A stretch of DNA of 35,047 bases from an uncultured bacterium (GTDB lineage Bacteria > CAYJRR01), in assembly GCA_964372275.1 (NCBI GenBank), contig CAYJRR010000039.1, positions 1 through 35,047 on the forward strand, given 5' to 3'. The position numbers and the translations under genes are program-made. Positions 26,892-35,047 of this stretch are shown here, in pieces. The notes beneath the pieces were generated by a model. That model saw nothing but the letters and a program-made list of their open reading frames with translations, was not told the DNA's origin and ran no database searches. Position 1 is the first letter of the stretch; the number at the start of each line of letters is the position of its first letter.

Positions 26892-27365
26892 TCAGCGGCG
26901 GGTGAGGAGCCAGCGCGCGGACAGCGGATCGGGATCGGCCGGCGCCCCCGCCGGAATCTCCAGCAGGACGCGCCACGCGCGGTGGAAACGGAGCGTGCGG
27001 TCCCCCTGCCGGAAGACCGGCGATTCCCACAGGGCGCCGGTGACCACGGCGTGCAGCGCCGCCTCCAACGTCCCGCGGAGGCGGTCGCCGCGACCGTTTT
27101 CCGGACCACCGCCATCGCCTCGCCGCGCCGCTGCGGCACGTCTCCAGGCCGCATGCGCGTCACGCCAGGCGGACAGCGCAGACCGTTGGGCGTCGTCGTC
27201 CTCGACCGCCTCGTCGACGGCTTCGACCTCCACCGGCCGCGCGTCGTTCCCGAGCCACTCCGTGGAGAAGCCGAGGAGGCGCTCCGCGAGGCGGCCGCGC
27301 TCCTCCGGCGGGAAGGGGGCGTTGACCGTCCAGCGGTCGGGATGCGCGTGGAGCACGATCCGCAC
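26892..27365 (-). CDS. Hypothetical protein
   Basis: Starts 3 nt after the response regulator stop and fills the gap to yihY on the same strand; no recognisable motif. Confidence 0.6.
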   Translation of the reverse strand: MRIVLHAHPDRWTVNAPFPPEERGRLAERLLGFSTEWLGNDARPVEVEAVDEAVEDDDAQRSALSAWRDAHAAWRRAAAARRGDGGGPENGRGDRLRGTLEAALHAVVTGALWESPVFRQGDRTLRFHRAWRVLLEIPAGAPADPDPLSARWLLTRR

Positions 27366-27368
27366 GCG

Positions 27369-28058
27369 TCAGGCCTCGCGAACGAACCGGTAGCCGGCGC
27401 CGCGCACGGTGAGGAAGTGCCGCGGCGCGTCCGGCGTCGCTTCGAGCTTCTCGCGCAGGCGATTGATGAAGTTGTCGACCGTCCGCGCGGTCCCTTCGTA
27501 GGCGCGGCCCCAGACGTCGTCGAGGATCTGTTCGCGGCTCACGACGCGTCCTTCGTTTCCCGCGAAGAAACGAAGCAGCTGGACCTCCTTGGCGGTCATC
27601 GCCACCGGCCGTCCGCTCCGCTTGACGCCGTGGGTCCCGAAGTCGACCTCCACCTCGCCGAAGGCGAGCCGCCGCGGGATCGCCCGTTCGGCGCGCCGCC
27701 GGCGCAGCTGGGCGTTGACGCGGGCCAGCAGCTCCCGGAGCCCGAACGGTTTGCTGATGTAGTCGTCGGCCCCGAGGTTCAGTCCCATGATCTTGTCGAT
27801 CTCGGCCGACTTGGCGGAGAGGATCACGATCGGAACGTCGATCTTGCGGCGGCGGATCTCCTTGCAGACCTCGTAGCCGTTCATGCGCGGGAGCATCACG
27901 TCGAGGACGATCAGGTCCGGGTGGGCCTCGTAGGCGAGCGCAAGCCCGCGCTCTCCGTCCTCCGCCGTGAGCACCCGGTAGCCCTCGATCTCGAGGTTCA
28001 TCTTCATCCCCCGGAGGATCGACGGGTCGTCTTCGACGAGGAGGATCTTCTCGGTCAT
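27369..28058 (-). CDS. OmpR/PhoB family response regulator
   Basis: ILLVEDD, LDVMLP, GADDYISKPF, and winged helix RTVDNFINRLREKLE...TVRGAGYRF; ATGA overlap with the kinase. Confidence 0.95.
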   Translation of the reverse strand: MTEKILLVEDDPSILRGMKMNLEIEGYRVLTAEDGERGLALAYEAHPDLIVLDVMLPRMNGYEVCKEIRRRKIDVPIVILSAKSAEIDKIMGLNLGADDYISKPFGLRELLARVNAQLRRRRAERAIPRRLAFGEVEVDFGTHGVKRSGRPVAMTAKEVQLLRFFAGNEGRVVSREQILDDVWGRAYEGTARTVDNFINRLREKLEATPDAPRHFLTVRGAGYRFVREA

Positions 28059-29275
28059 CGGGCGAGCGCCTCGGCGGTGGCGGGTTCGGCGGCGATCGGC
28101 TTGGCCGCCCGCAGCCGCATCCGGAAGCGGCTGCCACGACCCGGCTCGCTGTCGCACTCGATTCGGCCGTGATGCCCCTCGACGATGTGCCGCACCATCG
28201 CCAGTCCCAACCCCGTCCCTTCCGTCTTGCGGGAGAGGAGCTGCTCGGCGCGATAGAACTTGTCGAAGATCCGCTTCCGGTCGCGAGGGGAGATCCCGGG
28301 ACCGTCGTCCTCCACCTCGATCACCACGCCCGAATCGGCGGCGTAGGCGCGAAGGCCGATCCGTTTGGCGTCGCCTCCGTACTTGAACGCGTTGGAGAGG
28401 AGGTTGAGCAGCGCCTCGGTCAGCGCGCCGGTATCGGCGTCGATCGCCGGCAGGCCGGCGTCGACGCGGAGCTCGAGCGAATAGGGCGCCCCGAGCCGCT
28501 GGGCCCGGAAGGCGCGTACCGCCGCGTCGACCACCGCCTCCACCGGCGTCGGCTCCAGCGCGTAGATCCGCCGGCCGGCCTCCATCCGCGCCCAGGTGAG
28601 CATCCGCTCGATCATGTTCGAGAGGCGCTCGCTCTCGGCGGCGAGCAGCTCGAGACACTCGGCCACCTGCGCCGGATCGCGCGCGCGCTCCATCCGGAGG
28701 GTGTCGATGAACATCCGGATCGAGGTCAGCGGCGTGCGCAGCTCGTGCGAGACGTTGGAGACGAAGTCGGTCTGGAGCCGCGACAGCCGCGTGTTGAGGT
28801 AGTAGGCGCGGCCGGTGATCGAGACCCCGGTCACCACCGCTCCGAAGAACAGCGCGATCAGCGTCACGTAGACGACGCGGTTGCGCGCCAGGCGGCCGGA
28901 CATCGACCGGCCGAACGGCTCGTGGATCCCGATCTGCCACGCGTCGTGCGGCGCCGCCAGGCGCAGCGCCACCACGCTTCCGGTGGCCTGGCCCGCCGGC
29001 TCGAGGCGGTAGCGGGTGCCGTCGTCGCCGTAGGCCGCTTCCGCCAGGCGCTGGGGGTCGGCCGGTTCGACGCGGTCGCGCCGGGACAGCCGCGCCGACA
29101 GCTCCTCCAGGCGCGGGCGGAAGGTGACGTTCACGTCCCGCTCGATCGCCGCGCGCTCGTTCTTGACCGCCAGGAAGCCGACGGCGCTGAGCATCATCAC
29201 TGGCACCATGACGGTCGCCAGGAGGACGATCAGCATCCGCCGGAACGAATAGAGATCGCGAGGACCCTGCGCCAC
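28055..29275 (-). CDS. Two-TM sensor histidine kinase (HisKA + HATPase_c)
   Basis: H-box VSHELRTPL, N-box NLLSNAFKY, DDGPGI, IFDKFYR and GTGLGL. Confidence 0.95.
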   Translation of the reverse strand: MAQGPRDLYSFRRMLIVLLATVMVPVMMLSAVGFLAVKNERAAIERDVNVTFRPRLEELSARLSRRDRVEPADPQRLAEAAYGDDGTRYRLEPAGQATGSVVALRLAAPHDAWQIGIHEPFGRSMSGRLARNRVVYVTLIALFFGAVVTGVSITGRAYYLNTRLSRLQTDFVSNVSHELRTPLTSIRMFIDTLRMERARDPAQVAECLELLAAESERLSNMIERMLTWARMEAGRRIYALEPTPVEAVVDAAVRAFRAQRLGAPYSLELRVDAGLPAIDADTGALTEALLNLLSNAFKYGGDAKRIGLRAYAADSGVVIEVEDDGPGISPRDRKRIFDKFYRAEQLLSRKTEGTGLGLAMVRHIVEGHHGRIECDSEPGRGSRFRMRLRAAKPIAAEPATAEALAR

Positions 29276-29322
29276 GGCCCGCCGACGTTAGCCCGCCCCC
29301 GGGGCCCGAACAAGCCGGCCGA

Positions 29323-29358
29323 GGGGTCCGGGCAGCCCCCGGACAAGCCCGAAGGGCG
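29323..29358 (+). repeat. REP-like double-hairpin element, copy B
   Basis: GGGGTCCGGGCAGCCCCCGGACAAGCCCGAAGGGCG; 30/36 identical to 21531-21566. Confidence 0.8.
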
Positions 29359-29407
29359 GACCATTACCTTGAGCAACGCCGGGTTCTTGCTCCAAGATCC
29401 GGGGCCC

Positions 29408-30391
29408 GTGCCCCCCGACGCCCCGCCTCCGCCCGACGACCCTTTCGTCGACGGACTGACGCTGCCCGAGGAGGGTCCGGTCGGTCGATCGATCCATGCG
29501 GGCACGGTGCAGGGGGCGAACGGGCTCACCATCCGCGTCGGCCGAACCGCCGGCTTCTGCTACGGCGTGCGGCGGGCGGTGGAGATGGCGTGGGGGGCGG
29601 TCGGCCGGTCGAAGGAGATCGGCCGCCGCGTGGCGACGTTGGGGCCGGTCATCCACAACCCGCAGGAGGTCGAACGGCTGGAGCGGGACGGCGCGGTGGC
29701 GATCGCCTACGACGACCTCGGCCGCCTCGACGACGGCGACCTGCTGGTGATCCGCGCCCACGGAATCCCCAAGGACGAGCGGGCCGCCGCCAAGGCGAAA
29801 GGGCTCACGGTCGTCGACGCCACCTGCCCCTACGTCCGGCGGCCGCAGATGCTCGCGGAGCGCGCGGCGAAGGACGGATGCCTGGTGGTGCTGGTCGGGG
29901 ATCCACTCCACCCGGAGATCCTCGGTGTGAGATCGTTCGCGCTGGCGGCGGGCGGACGCTGCGAGGTGGTGCGGGGGCCGGATCAGGTCGCCGCCCTGCC
30001 CGACGCGCCGTCGGTCGCGGTCCTCGTCCAGACGACGCAGAAGCGCGAGCTGTTCGAGGCGGTGGTCGAGGCGTGCCGCGCCCGCTTTTCCTCCGTCCGG
30101 GCGATCGACACGATCTGCGACGACACCACCGAGCGTCAGGCCGACGTGCGGGAGCTGGCGTCCGGTGTCGACGTGATGCTGGTGGTCGGCGGCCGCCTGA
30201 GCGCGAACACCGCCAAGCTGGCCGAGATCGCCACGCACTTCACCGCGAGGACGCACCTGATCGAGCGCGCGGAGGAGGTCGAGCCCCGGTGGTTCGACGG
30301 CGCGCGCACGGTCGGCATCGCCGCGGGCGCCTCGACCCCCGATTGGCTGGTCGGGGAGATCGTGCACGCCGTTGGCCGGCTGCCGGTCTGA
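29408..30391 (+). CDS. ispH: 4-hydroxy-3-methylbut-2-enyl diphosphate reductase
   Basis: AGFCYGVRRA, IHNP, IRAHG, DATCPYV, HPEI, QTTQ, DTICDDTTERQ, SANT and AGASTPDW. Start codon uncertain (29369, 29408 or 29507). Confidence 0.95.
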   Translation: MPPDAPPPPDDPFVDGLTLPEEGPVGRSIHAGTVQGANGLTIRVGRTAGFCYGVRRAVEMAWGAVGRSKEIGRRVATLGPVIHNPQEVERLERDGAVAIAYDDLGRLDDGDLLVIRAHGIPKDERAAAKAKGLTVVDATCPYVRRPQMLAERAAKDGCLVVLVGDPLHPEILGVRSFALAAGGRCEVVRGPDQVAALPDAPSVAVLVQTTQKRELFEAVVEACRARFSSVRAIDTICDDTTERQADVRELASGVDVMLVVGGRLSANTAKLAEIATHFTARTHLIERAEEVEPRWFDGARTVGIAAGASTPDWLVGEIVHAVGRLPV

Positions 30392-30442
30392 CGCACGCCC
30401 GGAGCTTGCTCCCGCGGGGCTCGCCGGCATCTTGCCGTGTCG

Positions 30443-31597
30443 ATGGAGGCGATCGAGCTCGGGATCGACGCGCTTGCCCGGATCGAGCCGGCCTGGAACG
30501 ACCTGGTCCGTCGCGCGCCCGAGCCGACGCCGTTCCTGCGCGCGCGCTGGTTGCGCGGATGGTGGGAGGCGTTCGGCGAGGGACGGCCGCGATTGGTGGC
30601 GGCGGTCGACGACTCCCGCCGTCTCGTCGGAGGGGCGTTGTTCGTGGAGCGGCACCGGACGTTTCGCGGCGCCAGGGTCCGGACCCTCTCGCTGGCGGCC
30701 AACGTCCATTCCAACCGCGCCGATCTGCTGGTCGACGCCGACCGCGTCGAGGAGGCCTCCGCCGCGCTTGCGGGTTGGGCCGCCGGCCGACATCCGTGGT
30801 GGACGCTGCTCCGAATCGATGCCGTTCCGGCCGACAGCGTCGCCGTCGACGCCTTCACCCGCGCGCTCGACGCGCGTGGGTTCGCCGTCGGCGTGCGCCG
30901 GTCCGAGTCGCCGCCCTACATCCCGCTGGACGGAGGCCGTGACGCCGTTTTCGGACGGCTACGCGCCAAATGGAGGAGCAACCTGCGCAACCGCGAGCGG
31001 CGCTTCTCGGCGCTGGGCCAGGTCGAGCACCGCATGGTACGGGGGGGCACGGAGAGTCTCGATCTGCTCCTCGACGACTGCCTGGCGCTCGAAGCGAGCG
31101 GTTGGAAAGGGGAGGCACGGTCGGCGATCGCCTCTTCGCCGGCGACCGACCGTTTCTACCGCCGTCTCGCCGCCGACGCCGCGAACGACGGGACGTTGGC
31201 GCTGCACACCCTGCGGCTGAACGGCCGGCTCGCCGCCTTCCAGCTCGATCTCGAATGGGCCGGCGTCGAATACGTCCTCAAGATCGGCTACGAGCCCGAG
31301 CTGTCTTCCTACTCCCCCGGCAGCCTGCTGCTCCGGCGGGTGATCGACCTCGCCCTCGAGCGGAACCTGCGCGCGATCGACCTGCTCGGCGACGACATGC
31401 CCTGGAAGCGGGAGTGGACCGATCGGGTGCGGCCGCACCAGCGCGTGACCGTCTTCGGGAACGGCGCCGTCGCCCGGATGCTCTCGCGTGTCGAGCGCGT
31501 CGCGCTGCCCGCGCTGCGCCGGGCGCGCCGCGCGATCGCCCTCGGTCGGGGGTCTCCGAGGACGTCCGACGAGCGGACCGACCGGTGGTCGTCGTGA
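30443..31597 (+). CDS. GNAT family acyltransferase (CelD/BcsL-like, Acetyltransf_6)
   Basis: PFLRARWLRGWWEAFG, RSNLRNRERR, LEASGWKG, KIGYEPELSSYSPGSLL and DLLGDDMPWKREW. Confidence 0.88.
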   Translation: MEAIELGIDALARIEPAWNDLVRRAPEPTPFLRARWLRGWWEAFGEGRPRLVAAVDDSRRLVGGALFVERHRTFRGARVRTLSLAANVHSNRADLLVDADRVEEASAALAGWAAGRHPWWTLLRIDAVPADSVAVDAFTRALDARGFAVGVRRSESPPYIPLDGGRDAVFGRLRAKWRSNLRNRERRFSALGQVEHRMVRGGTESLDLLLDDCLALEASGWKGEARSAIASSPATDRFYRRLAADAANDGTLALHTLRLNGRLAAFQLDLEWAGVEYVLKIGYEPELSSYSPGSLLLRRVIDLALERNLRAIDLLGDDMPWKREWTDRVRPHQRVTVFGNGAVARMLSRVERVALPALRRARRAIALGRGSPRTSDERTDRWSS

Positions 31598-32790
31598 ACG
31601 ACGCGGTCGCGCCCGGCGCCGCGCGCGACGCCATCGCGCCCGCGTTCGGACTCCGGCGGCCGCTCCGTCCCGTCCTCCCCGGGATCCGCTCCGGGACGCT
31701 GCGCGCCTCCGCCACTCCGGCGGTCGATCTGCCGTTCCCTCTCGGCCGGCCGGCGACGCAGCTGTGGTACCTCGGCCGGAACGCGATCCACGCCGCGGTC
31801 GGCATCCTCGGCCTCCCGGCGGGATCGGCGGTCGCCGTTCCGGCCTACACCAACGGCGTGGAGGTGGCGGCATTGGTGGCGCGGGGCTTGCGGCCGGTCA
31901 CGGTGCGGAACGGCCCCGGTCTCGCGCTCGACGTCGACGACCTCGACCGCGTGCTCGCGCGCACGCGCGCGAAGCTGGTGCTCGCGATCCACTACCTCGG
32001 CTTCCCGCAGCCGATCGACGCCGTCGCCGCCGTCTGCCGCACGCATGGCGCAATCCTGTTCGAGGACTGCGCGCTCTCCTTCCTGGCACGTCTCCCCGAC
32101 GGACGCCCGGTGGGGAGCGTCGGGGCGCTCGCCGTCTTCTCCCTCTACAAGACGTTGCCGATCCCCGACGGAGCGGCGCTGGCGATCAACGACCCGACGA
32201 TCGCGACGCCGGATCGCCCCGTCGAACCGGATCTGTCCTCGTCCGCCTCCGGCGTTGGCCGCCTGTTGCTGCGGGGGGCGCAGTCGGGGGACGTCGCCGG
32301 CCGGGTCGCGGCGGGGCTTCTCGACGCCGCGCGACGGGCGGCGTCGATCGGCTTCCGCGCGTCCGGCGTCGAGCGGACCGCCGCCGGAAGCATGACCTTC
32401 GAGTCGAAGCGCCTTCCGTGGGGCGCGTCGGCGTTCGCCCGCGCGATCCTTCCGCGTCTCGACTACGGTCGGATCGTCGCCGCGCGCCGGCGGAACTTCC
32501 TCCGCCTGCGCGATCGGCTCTCGGGCCTTCCGACCCTCTTCGATTCGCTCCCGGACGGCGCCTGCCCGCTCTTCTACCCGGTGATCGTCGAGGAGAAGGA
32601 CCGGTTCCGCCGGAAGCTCGCCGAGCGTTCGATCGAGACGGTCGACTTCTGGTCGACCTGGCACCCGGCGACGCCGCCGGATCCGGAGATCGCGCGGCTG
32701 CGGCGGTCGGTCGTCGAGCTCCCGTGCCTGCAGGATCTTTCGCCGGAGGCGATCGACGAAGTCGCCGACGCGGTGCTGGACGTGTGGTAA
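31594..32790 (+). CDS. DegT/DnrJ/EryC1/StrS-like PLP-dependent aminotransferase
   Basis: GTGA overlap with the GNAT gene; [33 protein letters not shown] (Schiff-base Lys), RRRNF and ELPCLQ. Confidence 0.88.
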   Translation: MNDAVAPGAARDAIAPAFGLRRPLRPVLPGIRSGTLRASATPAVDLPFPLGRPATQLWYLGRNAIHAAVGILGLPAGSAVAVPAYTNGVEVAALVARGLRPVTVRNGPGLALDVDDLDRVLARTRAKLVLAIHYLGFPQPIDAVAAVCRTHGAILFEDCALSFLARLPDGRPVGSVGALAVFSLYKTLPIPDGAALAINDPTIATPDRPVEPDLSSSASGVGRLLLRGAQSGDVAGRVAAGLLDAARRAASIGFRASGVERTAAGSMTFESKRLPWGASAFARAILPRLDYGRIVAARRRNFLRLRDRLSGLPTLFDSLPDGACPLFYPVIVEEKDRFRRKLAERSIETVDFWSTWHPATPPDPEIARLRRSVVELPCLQDLSPEAIDEVADAVLDVW

Positions 32791-32805
32791 GAGTGCGCAG
32801 CGGAT

Positions 32806-32834
32806 CGGGGTGTCCCCGACGAGCCCGAAGGGCG
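32806..32834 (+). repeat. REP-like double-hairpin element, short copy
   Basis: CGGGG-TGT-CCCCG hairpin followed by AGCCCGAAGGGCG, directly before the helicase start. Confidence 0.65.
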
Positions 32835-32839
32835 TGACC

Positions 32840-34219
32840 GTGCGATTTGCCGAGCTGCACCTGATCGAGCCCCTCCTGCGAGCCGTCTCCGAGGAGGGCT
32901 ATTCCGTCGCCACCCCGATCCAGGTGGGGGCGATCCCGCACGTCCTCGCGGGACGCGATCTGTTGGGCTTGGCCCAGACCGGGACGGGGAAGACGGCGGC
33001 GTTCGCCCTCCCGATCCTGCAGCGCCTGGCCAAGGCGGGTGCCCGCCCCGGGGGTGGCGGGGGCCGGAGGCCGATCCGGGTCCTGGTGGTGACGCCGACC
33101 CGGGAGCTGGCGAGCCAGATCGGCGACAGCTTCGCGTGCTACGGCCGCCACCTCGGGCTGCGCCACACCGTCGTCTTCGGCGGCGTGGGGCAGCGACCGC
33201 AGGAGCAGGCGCTGGCGCGCGGGATCGACATCCTGGTGGCGACGCCGGGTCGGCTGCTCGATCTCCTCGGACAGGGGTTCGTCCACCTGCAGCACCTCGA
33301 CGTCTTCGTGCTCGACGAAGCCGACCGGATGCTCGACATGGGGTTCCTTCCCGACGTGCGCCGGATCATCGCCGTGCTGCCGAAGGCTCGGCAGACGCTC
33401 TTCTTCTCCGCCACCATGCCGCCGGAGGCGCGGCGCCTCGCCGACCGCCTGCTGACGAATCCGGCGCACGTCTCGGTCGTCCCGGCGACGGCGACCGCCG
33501 ATCGCATCCGGCAGTCGGTCTACTTCGTGGAGAAGGATCGCAAGCGGGCGCTCCTCGTCCACCTCCTCGCCGACGCGGCGATCACGCGGGTGCTCGTCTT
33601 CACCCGCACCAAGCACGGGGCGAACCGGCTCGCCGACGGCCTCGCTCGCGCCGGGATCGAGGCGGAGGCGATCCACGGCGACAAATCGCAGGGGGCCCGC
33701 GAGCGCGCCCTGTCCGGGTTCAAGGCGGGCCGCGTGCGCGCGCTGGTCGCGACCGACATCGCGGCGCGCGGCATCGACGTGGAGGAGATCTCGCACGTCG
33801 TGAACTACGACCTGCCGAACGTGCCGGAGAGCTACGTCCACCGGATCGGACGGACGGCACGCGCCGGAGCCTCGGGGACCGCCTTCTCCTTCTGCGCCCG
33901 CGACGAACGCTCCTACCTCGCCGAGATCGAACGGACGATCCGCACCCGGCTCGCCGTTACACCGATCCCCGCGCTCGCCGACGGCGGCGAACGGCCGACC
34001 GCGCCGCCGGATCGACCGTCGCACCGAGAACCTCCACGCCACCGCGAGCCGTCACGGCGCCGCGAGACGTCCCGAGACGGAGAACCCGCGCGACCGCCGG
34101 TTCGCCTCGCACGGCCGGAGGCTCCACCGGGCGACGAGCCGGCTTGGCTACGCTACAGCTACGCTTCGTCCGCACGGCCTCCGGCCGCGAAACCGCCGCG
34201 CCGCCGGCGGCGACGCTGA
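32840..34219 (+). CDS. rhlE: DEAD-box RNA helicase (RhlE-like)
   Basis: Q motif [37 protein letters not shown] and [10 protein letters not shown]; basic disordered tail. Start may be 32834. Confidence 0.93.
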   Translation: MRFAELHLIEPLLRAVSEEGYSVATPIQVGAIPHVLAGRDLLGLAQTGTGKTAAFALPILQRLAKAGARPGGGGGRRPIRVLVVTPTRELASQIGDSFACYGRHLGLRHTVVFGGVGQRPQEQALARGIDILVATPGRLLDLLGQGFVHLQHLDVFVLDEADRMLDMGFLPDVRRIIAVLPKARQTLFFSATMPPEARRLADRLLTNPAHVSVVPATATADRIRQSVYFVEKDRKRALLVHLLADAAITRVLVFTRTKHGANRLADGLARAGIEAEAIHGDKSQGARERALSGFKAGRVRALVATDIAARGIDVEEISHVVNYDLPNVPESYVHRIGRTARAGASGTAFSFCARDERSYLAEIERTIRTRLAVTPIPALADGGERPTAPPDRPSHREPPRHREPSRRRETSRDGEPARPPVRLARPEAPPGDEPAWLRYSYASSARPPAAKPPRRRRRR

Positions 34220-34853
34220 TTCTTGGCTCCTCCTCGGTCGATGGCCGACTATCGCGCCTTCGAACGGGACGGCATCCGCCGTCGCGCGGGACGCGGGCGA
34301 TGCTCCGGTCGACATCCGGTGATGCCGCGAGTCGAATCCCTCGGATCGGTGTCGTGCCGGTCGCCGTCCGCTTGCTCCACGAATCCTCTCGGTACATCCA
34401 TCGGCATCGCTCCCGCGGCCGCGGCGGACGGCTCCCTTCGCGACTTGAATGCACCGGCTGACGCCCATCGGCTGGTTAGGGGGGACGGCTCCTCTGCGCC
34501 CGGGCTCCTGCGGCGCGGTGTCCCTTGAGAAGCATCTTCCGACTTCCGCCGGGAGGAGTGGCGAAGGGCAGCTGCCCTCGATGTCGTCAGTCAGATTCGT
34601 CCGCGATGTATTTGGTCTGAACCTCTGAATTTCTTTTTCGGATCGCCATTTTTTTATTGACAGCTCGCGCGCGTCATCCGGGGTCCCATCCGATAGAACC
34701 CGCGGAACGTACTTCCTGGCGCGGCCACGCGGCTCGCTCGGCGCCGCACGGAGCGAGTCGTTCGTTCGGCGCGTTCTCGCGTTGTCGCGCTCGCTAGGGC
34801 GCCTCCCAGTGGCTCCGGAGACCTCGTGTTATCCGGAAAGCATGGAGGTTCCC

Positions 34854-35047
34854 ATGTCGATTCCCGCGATGGACCCGCAGCACTTCGACGGCCGCCTGCG
34901 CGAGCTCTTGGGGAGCGAGTGCCGCGTCAAGGTCGACTTCCTGCTCCACCTGGCCGAGTTCGAGCGACGGAAGATGCACGAGGCCCTCGGCTACTCGAGC
35001 CTGTGGGTCTATTGCCGCGAGGCGCTCGGTCTCCCGGAAGGTCCCAC
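34854..35047 (+). CDS. 5' part of a DUF222-like/HNH endonuclease family protein (truncated by the window end; not in the ORF track)
   Basis: GGAGG RBS then MSIPAMDPQHFDGRLRELLGSECRVKVDFLLHLAEFERRKMHEALGYSSLWVYCREALGLPEGP, matching the L.HLAE..RR....GYSSL..YC...L N-terminus of myxobacterial multi-copy HNH proteins. The HNH domain itself is not visible. Confidence 0.72.
   Translation, partial: MSIPAMDPQHFDGRLRELLGSECRVKVDFLLHLAEFERRKMHEALGYSSLWVYCREALGLPEGP

Noticed and set aside
24828..28172. 1114-aa plus-strand ORF and many other long Arg/Gly/Pro-rich ORFs (e.g. 7350-9833, 21407-23362, 32186-34042)
   Set aside because: Antisense or off-frame shadows of well-supported genes; stop codons are scarce at this GC content and the translations carry no motifs.
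28169..29407. Apparent 740-aa IspH fusion
   Set aside because: The extra N-terminal part is the antisense of the histidine kinase; IspH homology begins near 29525.
34223..34528. 101-aa ORF after the helicase (and minus-strand 33957-34454, 34794-34979)
   Set aside because: No RBS, atypical composition and no motifs; the last is antisense to the HNH-like gene.
1..35047. Prophage, integrative element or known defence island
   Set aside because: No integrase, transposase, phage structural, restriction-modification or recognisable defence genes; composition is uniform apart from short AT-rich patches.

Overview
High-GC (roughly 70% by eye) bacterial chromosomal segment. The gene content (Ser/Thr kinase, PEGA/beta-barrel proteins, MshEN/GspE-N protein, Ycf46-type AAA ATPase, DUF222-like HNH protein) suggests a Myxococcota/deltaproteobacterial-type organism; this is inference. 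About 29 real CDSs can be separated from many shadow ORFs. In order: an orphan nuoM-like fragment at the left edge; a split DUF4331 pair; an HTTM membrane protein with a coupled partner; two tandem delta-60 repeat lipoproteins; a DUF642-like lipoprotein; a TIGR03960+TIGR03936 radical SAM fusion; a beta-barrel protein; a DODA-type dioxygenase; a Ser/Thr kinase with a coupled secreted protein; a tightly coupled TrmH / double beta-propeller / Ycf46-like AAA+ / MshEN operon; DUF4926; a heme-c (CxxCH) GAF-GGDEF diguanylate cyclase; a 2Fe-2S ferredoxin; a secreted hypothetical; an FNR-like reductase; YihY; an OmpR-type two-component pair; ispH; a GNAT + DegT pair; a DEAD-box helicase; and the 5' end of an HNH/DUF222-like gene. 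Non-coding signals include an AT-rich heptamer-repeat inverted repeat, a perfect 26-bp operator-like palindrome, a dispersed family of C-GAA-G hairpin (REP-like) repeats, and recurrent -10 boxes 7-10 nt before start codons. No rRNA, tRNA, CRISPR array, transposase or integrase was seen. All family assignments come from motif recognition by eye, not from database searches.
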